A stretch of DNA of 64,000 bases from Octopus sinensis (Eukaryota), in the NCBI RefSeq assembly GCF_006345805.1, contig NC_042999.1:30814001-30878000 (forward strand), in the 5' to 3' direction. Shown piece by piece: positions 1 through 11,916 of this stretch (position 1 is the stretch's first letter; every line of letters starts with the position of its first letter). The translations under genes were made by a program, and so were the position numbers. The notes under the pieces were generated by a model. It was not told where the DNA came from. It searched no databases and saw nothing but the letters and a program-made list of their open reading frames with translations.

Positions 1-195
1 ATGTTTATTCAGACGCACTTTGTGCTAAGACTGAAAGCAATGAAATCATAAAAGAATCATCCATAACTTACAGTAAGCAACATTTATTACATGTTATTAC
101 TGTTAGTACTGTTATTTCTTTTGTTTTCTGCAAACAAAATGCACAGAAAAGCTACACGTTTGCATTGTTATATGTACAATAATAATAAAGGACGT

Positions 196-362
196 TACCG
201 TATGCAGTTTTACAAACCGAAGACGTTACATAGGCCTCCTTGACTCAGGTTAGAGAAGGAGTACGGATTATGCACAAGGTTTAGGTTTCTCAGAGGTACA
301 GCCCCCTAAAAATCCCATGCGTATTATACTCAAGGGCGGAATACACTCGAAGAATAACGGTA
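196..362. mobile_element. Possible short pogo/Tigger-like MITE remnant
   Basis: TACCGTA at 196-202 and ACGGTA at 357-362 form short inverted termini. The right end (GCGTATTATACTC...ACGGTA) resembles pogo-type MITE ends. Degenerate. Confidence 0.3.
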
Positions 363-1204
363 TATAAAATTTATATATACATGTATACATGTGTGTTTGT
401 GTTATTACATGTTTACATATTACTCATATATACACATACGTGTGTGTGAGTATGTGTGTGTGTATGTGAGTATGTGTGTGTGTATAATTGCAGTTTGAAA
501 CATTGCTTATGTTTGATGTACGCAGTGGACATGAATTAAACAGAAATTATGTGAAGTAAATGCGACGACACTTGAAAATCACTGAAAATAGAACTATCCT
601 GCTGTATCACATTGAGTGAAAACAATATATATGATAATGTAGTTTCAGTGAATAATTTGAATATTTTTCATCGTTCCTAGCCTTGGAATTTCATCAAGGT
701 AGAGAAGATAGGGAATAGGAAAGTTTTATATTTAGTGTTATTGAATAGGATTCGTGTAAGTAAATATATATTTATGTAGTTTATGGATAAAGAAGGGTTA
801 CTATGGATATCAGCCAGAAATTTCAGTTGTGTTCCGAATTAAAAGGTAGCAGGGGAACAGCATAAATAATACATGTGGTATCAGGCTTGAATGTGCATTT
901 GCGGATATACAACACTTTTATATTATATGTGGACATGTCAGCAAGTGTTTAATAATATGAACGCGTATGTGTTAGTAAGCGTCAGAATGTGTATGAACAA
1001 GCTAGGAGATTGTTTACAATAAATATAAACGTTTTTAAGTTACATCATTATGTTGTTTATAAAGGTTTGTTTTTTTCTTTGGTCAACGTGGTTGGACACT
1101 GGAAATCTCGACAGAGACGCGCGACGGATTGGAAAAAAAAGTATGCAACTACTATCCTTAGAAATGTGGCACACTTTAAAGAATGTGGAACATATATATT
1201 ATTT

Positions 1205-1415
1205 GTGAGGGCGTGTGTACCGTTGGCGATTTTTTACCTCCGTCTTCCCTTCTCTGGATCTTTCCTCTTTCCTATGTTTCTGATGAAGAGCTCCGCTCGA
1301 AACGTTAAACCCTCCTTCTTCCCTTCCTTCCTGAGCGTCCAATAATACTATATTTGTTCCACCTCCTCGCGTTGTTGTGTTTTCTCTTTGTGTTTTCATG
1401 TTTGGATTAACTTTA
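1205..1415 (+). repeat. PLE pseudo-LTR-like repeat carrying a hammerhead motif (copy 1)
   Basis: Clearly homologous to the reverse complement of 56460-56665, ends in (TA)n, and contains the hammerhead core at 1276-1310. Confidence 0.7.
1276..1310 (+). ncRNA. Type I minimal hammerhead ribozyme motif (PLE type)
   Basis: GTTT-CTGATGA-A-GAGC(TCC)GCTC-GAAAC-GTT-AAAC. Intact CUGAUGA and GAAA cores, 4-bp stem II, palindromic stem III (ACGT), 4-bp stem I (GTTT/AAAC). Confidence 0.75.
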
Positions 1416-1671
1416 TATATATATATGCTATAACTGAAAAAGAAAACCACTTGTGGGGTACTCACTGTTGGATTGCCTTTAATCTTAAACTCTTTCGTTC
1501 ACACCCGACTGAGTAATGGAAATGAAAAAGAAAATCTAATCAAGGTGATGAATCTTGTGTCTGAAATAATTTTGACTTTTAAGCAGGATTATTCCGTATT
1601 TGGAAAAGAATAATTCCAAGGAAATATTGGTTTTAAATTTTGGCAGAAGGTTAGTAGTAGTCTTGTCGGAG

Positions 1672-1850
1672 AGCCAAATCGATTAAATTGAATCCAGTGC
1701 TCAATTGGCATGTGTTTTACCGACCCTTAAAGGATGAAAGACAAAGTCGACCTTGGTGGAATTTTAACTGAGAACATAGAGATAGACGAAATGTCGCTAA
1801 GCGTATTGTCCTGTATAATAACCATTCTGCCAGCTCGCCAACTTATCCAA
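1672..1850 (-). mobile_element. tRNA-derived SINE, family B (MetaSINE-like), degenerate
   Basis: Reverse-complement match to the family-B head and GTCGACTTTGCCTTTCATCC..GGTCG core seen in full at 30389 and 54622. Confidence 0.75.
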
Positions 1851-2199
1851 AGGATATAATGAAGATCAATGTCGATATTGGAATTTTCATCTATAAAGAA
1901 GCCTAATCGAGACATGAAACAACGTTTATGCATCACAAATACTTTACACCAGGTTTCCAAATAATTGATATTTCCTATGATATGGTCCAACTAACAGCTT
2001 AAATATAAGTTTGAAGACAAATCACGGGAAAGTTAAGAAAATATCAACTATTGTTTTTATTGGTCCCATATGAAGCTAGAGAGACGAGAATTATAATCTA
2101 TGTAAACTGGACATATCTCATTTTATCACTCTCTACTACTATTTTTCATTCTCATTTGTAACAGAGTAGCGTGTGATTTAAGAATGATTAGGTTGTTAC

Positions 2200-2480
2200 T
2201 TCTTGAAGATCGTGTCAGCGGGTATGTTCATCATTGTTTTGATGTGGAATATCCTTTTTGAGTTCTTTTAATACTGAACGGTCAAGATTTCCTGTTTACA
2301 GGGTTAGGTGTGTGGGTGGATTGAAGAGTAGTAATGGTAAAGTCATACGCGAAAGATTTTACAGTATGTTCTTTTAATTCTTTTGTTACGGTGTTCAAAT
2401 CGTTCCAAAGTCAGTTTTTGTTATAATCTTACACTGTATTGGTGAAATATTAAACAACTGAAGAATTTATGTTAATTCAC
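2200..2480 (-). pseudogene. Highly decayed PLE-like RT fragment (possibly Naiad-type)
   Basis: Minus-strand translation NDLNTVTKELKEHTVKSFAYDFTITTL resembles the PLE RT motif YDFSTLYT. Weak. Confidence 0.25.
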
Positions 2481-2889
2481 TTAGTTATACGACTACACAA
2501 CTCCACCCGAAATTGTCGAAAAATGTATGTTTTTTTTTTTATATTAACATTGATTGGTAGAACTTATGCTTACTTAGATAAAGAGTTGACTGGTAGAATG
2601 TGATATTTACGAAGATGATAGGGTAGATTTCAGTTACAGCTGACGATATGTCTGCGCCTGTTTACGCAGACCTAGATAGAATCTTTCTTAGTAAGACTGG
2701 TAGTTGCCAAGGCACGAAACTCGCTCCTCCCTCTCTCCCTCTCTCTCTCTCTCTCTGCCTCTCTTCCTCCCAGTGTTATCCAAAGGAATGATACACACTT
2801 GTCAACAGTGTTGTGAGAGTAGTTGTCTTCAGATCGCAAAAATTTGAAACTGATATTCCTGATCCTCAAACAGTTTCCCTAATACATTC

Positions 2890-3036
2890 TTCTGGAATGA
2901 TTATTTATTATCGGCTACGGAAAGATGAAAAGCAAAGCTGACCTCCGTCGGATTTGAATCCAAATATCAGAAAGTTGAAACAAATGCCTTTAGTCATTCT
3001 AAGCACTGCTCTAACGACTCTGCCAACTTACCGCCT
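2890..3036 (-). mobile_element. SINE family B (MetaSINE-like), degenerate
   Basis: ...GATGAAAAGCAAAGCTGACCTCCGTCGGATTTGAA...CTAACGACTCTGCCAACTTACCGCC is the reverse complement of the family-B 5' half. Confidence 0.65.
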
Positions 3037-3417
3037 TAGCATGTATTGTTCTTTACACTGGTAATCGCATGGATTGGTACACTGTTATATTTACATATTA
3101 GGTCGAATGGCAAAGTGTGATAGCTCTGGCTTTAACTTTCGGAAGGTCATCTTTACCGTTCATGATTAAGGGGTTAATAAAATAAAATACCGAGCAATTA
3201 ATGCATCACCCTGTTACTATGACCCATGTCAATATTTACATAAATTATTAAATTATTTCAAAATCCATTTAAATTACTTCAAAATAATAAATTTAATAGC
3301 CTTTTATATTTTCATATTTTAAAACATTTTATAATGCATTTCCCCTACATTTTGATATTCCAACATCAATCGATACCCACGCTTTCAACTCCACCACCAT
3401 TCCTATAATTGTTATAA

Positions 3418-3453
3418 TTGTTGTTGTTATTATTAATATTATTATTATTGTTG

Positions 3454-3489
<36 letters not shown>

Positions 3490-3641
3490 ATGCTGCTGAT
3501 GTTGTTCTTGTTATTATATTCGTATTATTACTATTATCATTGAATAAAAGAATTATTATCGAAAAAGTAAATCATTATTTTTATTGTTAATGTAGTTGTT
3601 ATTATGAATGAAAGCAACAGGATCTTCATCGACATCATCAA

Positions 3642-3704
<63 letters not shown>

Positions 3705-3728
3705 TATCATCATCACCATCATCATCAC

Positions 3729-3764
<36 letters not shown>

Positions 3765-3816
3765 AATCATCATCATCTCCATCATCACCATCATCATCAT
3801 CATCATCATCATAATC

Positions 3817-3848
<32 letters not shown>

Positions 3849-3905
3849 TACTATGTTCAATATCACCATGTTATTAATCATTATCAGCATCGACAACAAC
3901 AACAA
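3418..3905. repeat. Compound trinucleotide microsatellite (GTT/GCT)n and long (CAT)n
   Basis: Directly visible. It explains the poly-Met and poly-Ile ORFs. Confidence 0.95.
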
Positions 3906-4214
3906 AAAAACAAGCCATAAAAATATTCGTCTATAAAATCTTTGTTTTATTATAAATATTTGAAATGATAATTATTGCTATTATAAACAATAACACTTTA
4001 ATCATTATCATTAACAGCATCCTCCTCAACATGCACCTCCTTCTCCATCAAACACCACACCGTGATTCCGCCACCGCCCCCGACTCCCTTCTCTTACTTA
4101 TTAATCTATAATCATATTAAAACGTTGTCGTTCTTGCTCCTACACACGTTTTATATACTCAAGCGATTCCACATACGCAAGCACGTGTGCGCGTACGGTC
4201 ACACACGCCCACTC

Positions 4215-4459
4215 TACACACACACACACACACACACGCATATATATATATGTACATATACATATATATATATGTACATATACATATATATATGCATATA
4301 TATGTATATGCCTATATACACATATATATATATATGCACATATATATATATGAATATATATACATATGTAGATATAGATATACATAGATACACACACACG
4401 TATATATATATATGCGTGTCTATATGTATATATACATGTGTATATATATACAGGTATGC

Positions 4460-4521
<62 letters not shown>

Positions 4522-4570
4522 ATATATACATATATATGTATATTATTATATATGTATATATGTATGTATG

Positions 4571-4621
<51 letters not shown>

Positions 4622-4650
4622 TATATATATATGCACGTATGTATGTATAC
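4215..4650. repeat. (CA)n/(TA)n degenerate dinucleotide array
   Basis: Directly visible. Source of the YI-repeat ORFs. Confidence 0.95.
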
Positions 4651-5252
4651 TTCTTCAACAGGAATGTTGACAGTGACTTGAAAGTTTTCGACAACTAAGC
4701 CATGAAGTGACTGCAATGCATTAATTAGTCTTGCCTTTATATAGTCTTTATATAAAAAATATGCATCCGTATCAATTGGTGTATTTAGGGAATCCTACTA
4801 AATATACTGATAAATTTAAGACTGATCTACATTACTTCTTCAAACATTGGACTTCTCAATCACACTAGAAACACAAGTACAGTCATTCAACTTCTTAGAT
4901 GTTACCCTCGACCTGTTTCTTTTTGCTTTTTTTTTTCAGGAGTGTCAATAAGGTTTACAACTAAAATGACGAAGATTTGGAGGCGCTCCTGCGTTTTGAT
5001 TCGTCTGGCTTAGTTGGTGCAGCTAGGAAATCGGCTCTCTTCAGTACAGCCCACTCGGGCAACGGAATTCATAGAGCCATCCTCCAACTCAAGTTATCTT
5101 AAATATATGTGTACATCAAGTATATATATATAATATATATATATATATATGTATGTATGTTTGTATGCATGTATAAAATTATTTCAAACCCGAAAACAAA
5201 TTCTCTATTCTTCCCTACGTGAGATTACATACATACTTACATGCATATATAT

Positions 5253-5295
<43 letters not shown>

Positions 5296-5296
5296 A

Positions 5297-5356
<60 letters not shown>

Positions 5357-5357
<1 letters not shown>

Positions 5358-5479
5358 TGGCCTGCTCGCTTAGCCAGCCGGGTGGCGTCATTTAAAGGCT
5401 AAAACAATGCGAAACGCATTCTGACCAGCGATGTGTAGCAACATCTGATAGCCTGGTCGGTCACGGTGATCATGGTGAT
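5357..5479 (+). mobile_element. SINE family C, 123-bp 3' module in (TA)n
   Basis: TTGGCCTGCTCGC...CACGGTGATCATGGTGAT matches the 3' part of the full copy at 31931-32224 and has (TA)n on both sides. Confidence 0.85.
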
Positions 5480-5831
5480 ATATATATATATATAATATAC
5501 TATGCTATACTAAACTATACACACTGTATATACTGATTTTTACAGCTGCTCCCAGTCTTGTATTTAACAAGTTGCTGTCGTCTGATAGAGAGTTCATGAT
5601 CACATTCCTTTTCAAACAGACCTTTTGGGTTTGCCAATTTAGTTGCCGACTGGCAGGCGTATTCTTCATTTTGTAAACATTTATATATTTGCACTAGTTA
5701 GTTTCAACACTGCTCCTCGGAAAGCAATACGTTTTGACGTCTGGTGCTTAGAAGTAAGAAACTCTTGGGAGGTCTGAACAGCTGAGGCTCTTCAGAGAAA
5801 ACACCGCCCATTAAATCCGTACTCACGAAAG

Positions 5832-6083
5832 CAATAGTTCTCAACCAAGATCCATATAACTTTGTGGGGTCCGCGAACAATTTTGTTGTTAAAATCTATC
5901 CGCAATGAATTGCTTATGCCTCTACAATGCACAAAATATTTTCACATTTTTTCTTAACATTTCCTAATAGTAATTAATCATAAAGATATATGAATTTTTA
6001 AACATTGAATGGCTAGAATGGTCCAGCCGAGTAAAATAGGAATCAAAGGGGTTCATATATAAAAACGTAGTTGTGAAGCACTT
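5832..6083. mobile_element. hAT-type MITE, degenerate
   Basis: CAATAGTTCTCAACC at the left and AGTTGTGAAGCACTT at the right resemble the CAGTGGTTCTCAACC-type TIRs of hAT MITEs. About 250 bp, non-coding. Confidence 0.5.
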
Positions 6084-6149
6084 CTCTAAGGGGTCCTAGC
6101 TATATCTAGGTCTTGACTCCTTGATAACCCTCTGCTGCAACATTGTGGG

Positions 6150-6500
6150 CTACTTTCTTCATTGTAAACTTTCTGGATGCCTAACATGGCCGAGACCGGA
6201 GGTACCTTGATATAGTAATCAGTTCATTTAAAGACGCCAATTGACTGTAAGGTACATCATGCTTTTCAAATTCACTTCTATGCCTCCTTCATCAGATTCA
6301 GTTTGAACTGTCCCCAGATGCTTCCTTCATTAGCTTTACACCTCAGGGGTTTTTTTTCCCAGAATCTGAAAAAACACTTCATGAGATCTTATATAGATTT
6401 CACAACAAAATCTCTCGAACCCACATCTATGGTGAAGTCTTTGATTTGAAAGCCAATTCTCTTAGTCTGACAGCTATACTGTCACAAATTTTGGTCTTCT
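6150..6500 (-). mobile_element. 3' remnant of a restriction-like-endonuclease non-LTR element (R2/HERO/NeSL group)
   Basis: Minus-strand frame TIDVGSRDFVVKSI*DLMK...VKLMKEAS resembles the C-terminal IEVGxRGF motif of RLE LINEs. Confidence 0.4.
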
Positions 6501-6899
6501 GTAGGTATATGTGTGTACATGTACGCATGTATCTATATGCATGCGTTTGTATATGAAGATGTGTGGTTAGTGTGCGCGTTGTTCAGTGATAAAGACGGGG
6601 AAGTATACTGCAGCACGCTCTATGTACGAATGCTTATTCGCTTAACAAAATCGACTGTATCCTAATCAACTTAACTAATTTATTCGAGTTCTTTTATTAT
6701 TTATTCTTAATATATTGTTCTATACATTTGTTGATGTCTGTATGTGTATTCAGCTAGGAAGAATTACTGTGCCATGTCACTGCCTCGCGGACCATGCATG
6801 CGGAGACCGGTTATTATGTGTATATTGAATACTAATGAATGGTTATTTATGCAGCTATGGTAAATAAAAATGTGTGTGTATGTGTATGTATACATGTAC

Positions 6900-6967
<68 letters not shown>

Positions 6968-7069
6968 TATAGATATATATATGTATATGTATATATACAT
7001 GTATACGTAATATAGTTATGTATGTATACATAAATATAGTTATATATGTATATATATATATAGGTATAT

Positions 7070-7100
<31 letters not shown>

Positions 7101-7519
7101 TTTCTCTCTCTCTTTCTTTCTCTCTCTCCATCTTTCTCTTTCTTTCTCTCCCTCTCTCTCTGTATTTCTCTCTCTCTCCCTCTCTGTGTATAATATATAT
7201 ATATATATATATGTACATAGATGCATTCTTGCATACATATGTACATACACACCTGCGCACTCACTTATGTGTGTGTATGTGTGTGCGTGTGTGTGTACGT
7301 GCGTGAGTGTGTATGTGCGTGTGTGTGTACGTGCGTGTGTGTGTGTGTCTATGTATGTGGAGAATTGCAAAGTGATATAAACGAACATCAACTGAACAAA
7401 ATATTTAGTACACATTACAGAAATAATGAGATTGACCGTGTCTTTAATTTCCAGATGTTCCGAGTTTGTTTGAATCTATAATTACTACATTTACTACATA
7501 CATACACTCACACACACAA

Positions 7520-7521
<2 letters not shown>

Positions 7522-7579
<58 letters not shown>

Positions 7580-7714
7580 CAGCAGCAGCAGCAGCAGCAG
7601 TAGTAGCAGTAGTAGTAGTAGTAGTATAGTAGTAGTAGTAGTAGCAGCAGCAGCAGCAGCAGTAGTAGCAGTAGTAGTAGTAGTAGTAGTAGTAGCAGCA
7701 GCAGCAGTAGTAGC

Positions 7715-7768
<54 letters not shown>
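7522..7768. repeat. (GTA)n/(GCA)n compound microsatellite with higher-order repeat
   Basis: Three recurrences of (GCA)4-7 GTA GTA GCA (GTA)n. Confidence 0.95.
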
Positions 7769-8222
7769 TTAGCGAATACTGACATTCCCAAGTCAGTATG
7801 TAGGATCCTCTATAGCAGCGGGTTTTTAAAAACTTTATTCCAATGCCTTGTACCACATGACCATAATATATGTGAATTGAGGATTTTTCTACTCTCTTTC
7901 TTTTTTGCCATGAATAAGTTTCCATAACAACAAATGATATAATGTCCTATCTTTTCTTCTCTAATATGGATTTTAAAAAATTAAGTCTTCCTTAACGCAA
8001 AGGAACATTTGGGGCATGTATTTATGTTTACATTGGAGGTTTCTCAGTATTGCCTCAATGTGTTTCTTTTCTCTGCCACAAAGCGAGGATAAGATTCAAA
8101 AATCAAGATCATATCTCTACTGTTTGTGATACACATTTATTCGCATTTGTTGCTTTTCCAAATTCATGTCATTGGCTTTATTGAGTTATTTTTTCGTGCT
8201 CATTCGTTTCCGACACACAGAA

Positions 8223-8253
<31 letters not shown>

Positions 8254-8399
8254 TATCATAAACGCGGGTCTTATGAATCTGTATGCATGTGTGGATTGCG
8301 TGGGTGGTATAGTTGTCCATAGGTTAAGGTGCTGCACGTAAAAACGGGGTTTCAGTTTTAAGACAGGCGGTGCATTGTGCACGTGAAAGAAATATTTCA

Positions 8400-9920
8400 T
8401 TTCACCTTGCACCTCTCCAGATGGCTAAAATGGGTAAATTTACGACGAGAGAATGCGTATTGTGTCCAGTAGTGTATGATAGCGTTTTATAGTCCGTTTG
8501 ACACGGTGATACAACTTTTTATACGTGTGTTTTTTCAATGTGGTGGTAAAATAGGTGCTGAATTCGCTTGAACATTTGGTAATATAGGCTAAATTAAAGA
8601 ATCCAATCAAATGCCTTTTAAATAGTTTGACAAAAGTTGTATTACCATTACCGAGAATCAGACGGAGAAGTTGCTGAGGAGAAATGATTGAATGCAGCCT
8701 CTCGGAAAATGCAATGGATGGCTCTACCAATACAGACTTCTACTGGAACTAATATGAGAATGACAATGTATGAGGTTCCAATGAAAAGTATAGATGTGAA
8801 GGGGAAGAAGATCAAATACTTATAATGGTGGTTTGGTATCCCTTCAAGTTTCACTTCAGTAGATATATGCATAAGATTTGAACAGCTCTAAATTCCTGTT
8901 GTCCGTAATGGAGGAATTCCAGGTCGCAAATTCCTGAGTTGTACTGGAACACCCAAGTGAAGCGTGTCAGTTATTTAGGTATCGCTAGAACTCCAGAGCG
9001 CGAGTGGGTAGGGCAACACCACAAAAGGGAGGCTGAGAACTTGCTGAAGCTACGTGACATCTTTGGAATCACATGAAGAGGTAGGCAGAATCTCGGTTCT
9101 TTCCAGTTCCAATGATGAATGAGGGCTGAGTTTAGGGAAATGAAGATTATAATCCATGCAGAAGCATAAAGTCAGGAGGAAGAAAGAAGGTGATTGAGAG
9201 CTATCAATTCAGAGTCACTGAAAGCGTTGACAAAATAAGGAACTTATCAAGAAGGATATCATGCTGACAGAACATTTCCTCATCTCACTTCTGCTAGGGA
9301 CAGCTAGCCTATTTTCCCAGTCCAAACACAACAAGCCTATATGTTTGGACTGGGAAAATAGGCTAGCTGTGTAGGCTTTGTGAAGAAACTTGCATTCTGG
9401 CACAGAGCTTGTCAGGATGCAAAATAGCACTTACCAAAAGTGATGTAAAAGGAATACAAAAGAGATGGAAACTGTGCCATAATAGGTGCTTGCCACACAT
9501 TCTGAAGAAAGAAAGACACAGAGGACACAAGTAGCAGAGGAAAACGGCACCAACAATCAAGTTGGTGAGAGAGGACGAAAAACAAGTGACTACAGCAAAA
9601 AAGAACATACAGTCTACTATCAGAATCCCAATCAGTGGATATTAAATTTGAGCAAAGGAAAAAGATGGCTACTATCTCAGTTCTTCCGGAGAACCCTGAA
9701 ACCAGATCAGTCGTTGTTGTTAATTATTCTATCTGTAACATTGGTGGAAGTTGTGGTAGTGTTCTGGATACTGTTAGTAGGATAGGTTGGGTTATGGTTG
9801 TGGTCTAACGTGTGGGGTTCAATGTTGGAGCTGGGTACAGCTATTACGTTCGAAAATTCCCAAAAATCTACTAATGTTTTAGACTTAGAAACCTTCCACA
9901 CAGCATATATCCACAACACC
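8400..9920 (-). pseudogene. Decayed PLE reverse transcriptase/thumb region
   Basis: Minus-strand pieces SAYLFM...RYLNN (RYIDD-like, ~9080-8970) are followed by SLYW*SHPLHFPRGCIQSFL (thumb HPxH motif, ~8750-8680). Many stops and frameshifts. Confidence 0.4.
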
Positions 9921-10084
9921 CCTTAGATAATCCCCAACAACCCTACTTAACTTCCCTTATCTTCATTTTAATTTTTAATATTTAATTTTTCAACTCCCGT
10001 AGCTCAATCATTTAACACTACTTATTTGGACATACAAGCGGATATATGTGTGTGCATGTATTTTTATGTATGTATATGTATGCG

Positions 10085-10117
<33 letters not shown>

Positions 10118-11210
10118 TTGCGTATATACATATACAAACATATATGAGTGTGTGTATGTATGTGTATATAAGTATACGTAACTTCCTGAATATGCGCGTG
10201 CGTGTGATTATGTGCAAGCGCGAGTGCATCTGCTCGCATGTATAAGCATGCGCATATGCGTCTATGAATGCTTTATGGAGGCGTGTGAGCATGCACGTGT
10301 ATGTGTATGTGCATTGGTGTGCGCATGTATATATAAGTATTTATGTATATGTGTATATGTATACGTGTATATATAGAGGTGTGTGTATATATATATACAC
10401 GTATATATGTATATGTATGTATGCATATGCGCACATTTATATGTACGTGGGTGCGAGCGTACGTATGTTATTATACCTTCTTTCCTCCTCTCTGACATCT
10501 ACTTATCACATTAACCCAACGCATACGTCTATTTGTAGAAATTTGACATCTTTATACTCTTCCCTCCTTTTTTAAATTTTACTACTAAAACTACTATTTG
10601 CTTTGGAATCACTTCACCCATACCTTTTCTCTACCCATCCATTAATACAGCCCTATCATATCACCCCTAGCCCCATAACTTACACTTATACACTCGTTAC
10701 CTTCTCACCTCTTCCTAACCACCCCTCCCCACTCCTCTCCCATCCTCCCCTCACATTATCTTTACCACCAACTATGACCCCTTTTCTCGCCTCTGTAACC
10801 CTTTCTTAATTTGTTCACTCTTTTCACTTTTTTCTTCTCGCTCCCTCTTATTTTCTCTCTTTTTTTTTATTAACATTACACTTTTTACCTTTTTCTTTTC
10901 TCTCTGCTTGTTCCTTTCATTTTTCCTTCCTCTCTTCATTTTGACCTATCTCATTCTAATCAAACACATCCATCCCTCCCGTCTATCCATAGGTACTACC
11001 AATGCATTCTCTCCACAAAACCCCTTCAAATGGGCAACTACGGAATCCACGGCTCCATAATTTGAAATGGAACCTTTTTTATCACTTCTATTCACCACTT
11101 TATTCGAATAATAGAACTGAAACTATAATATTTTATGTTATTTCTACTTTCATTCTATTATTTCCCTCTATTTTCCTTATCTCCTCTTTTTCCATTTACC
11201 TGTCACATCG

Positions 11211-11255
11211 TCTTCATGAAGGGATATCCATAATAGTCCAGAAACAGCTGTAAAG
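11211..11255 (+). ncRNA. Degenerate hammerhead motif (core deleted)
   Basis: CTT-CATGA (CTGATGA lacking TG)-AGGGAT...GTCCA-GAAAC-AGCT-GTA-AAG. Palindromic stem III (ACAGCTGT) and stem I (CTT/AAG) are retained. It lies at the end of a CT-rich pLTR-like tract. Confidence 0.45.
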
Positions 11256-11499
11256 CTATATCTCTTTCCTTATATCCTGAAGACTCCTCAAAGCCTTGAT
11301 TTTGATATCTGTTTTTGTCTTATCTATATATCTAAATGTGTATGTAGGTATATTTAATTACATGTATGCATGTACACGCACACACACACACACAAACACA
11401 CATAAACACATATAGATACATGGCCCATGCGTATGTGTAAATAGTTTACTCGTATATGTCATATAATGGTGAATTATACTCAAATTTCCAACAATCATA

Positions 11500-11916
11500 G
11501 GCGCAGAAGTGGCTCTGTAGTAAGTAGCTTGCTTACTAACCACATGGCCCTGGGTTCAGTCCCACTGCGTGGCAGCTTGGGCAAGTGTCTTCTACAATAG
11601 CCTCGGGTCGACCAAAGCCTTGTGAGTGGATTTGGTAGACGAAACTGAAGAAAGCCCGTCGTATATATGTATATGTGTGTGTGTGTGTGCGTGTGTGTGT
11701 GTATGTCTGTGTTCCCCCCCCCCCAACATCGCTTGACAACCGATGCTGGTGCGTTTACATTCTCGTAACTTAGCGGTTCGGCAAGAGAGACCGATAGAAT
11801 AAGTACTAAGTTTGCAAAAAATAAGTCCTGGGTCGATTTGCTCGACTTAAAGGCGATGCTCCAGTATGGCAGCTGTCAAATGACTGAAACAAGTAAAAGA
11901 ATAAAAGAGTAATCTT
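11500..11916 (+). mobile_element. Full-length tRNA-derived SINE, family A (Deu/Nin-domain-like)
   Basis: GGCGCAG..TGGCT..GTAGTAAG head with B-box GGTTCAGTCC, GGCAAGTGTCTTCTAC..GGTAGACG core and (AAAAGAGT)-type tail. Flanked by an AATCATAG(G) target-site duplication (11493-11501 / 11917-11925). Confidence 0.9.

Noticed and set aside
989-1465. ORFs 989-1345(+), 1199-1465(-) and 55865-56521(+)
   Set aside because: They overlap multicopy non-coding repeats (pLTR-like repeat, SINE, microsatellite) and have no protein motifs.
3537-4698. Long ORFs of poly-Met, poly-Ile or YI/CV repeats (also at 6.8-7.9, 10, 12.3, 37-38.6, 47-48, 50-51.9 and 59.3 kb)
   Set aside because: They are translations of (CAT)n, (TA)n, (CA)n, (GATA)n or (GTA)n microsatellites, which lack stop codons by composition.
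5357-5400. GCC-TGCTCGCT resemblance to the HDV ribozyme P3/L3 in the SINE C module
   Set aside because: P1, P1.1, P2 and J4/2 could not be assembled by eye. The similarity is likely coincidental.
7780-8120. Coding-like minus-strand tract (RKILNSHILWSCGTRHWNK)
   Set aside because: It has multiple stops and no family I can name. It is left unannotated pending BLASTx.
11500-11580. tRNA-like sequences at SINE heads (also 17108, 25853, 30389, 32224, 34452, 54848)
   Set aside because: A/B-box-like heads are fused to SINE bodies with tails or TSDs, and there is no complete cloverleaf. They are not tRNA genes.
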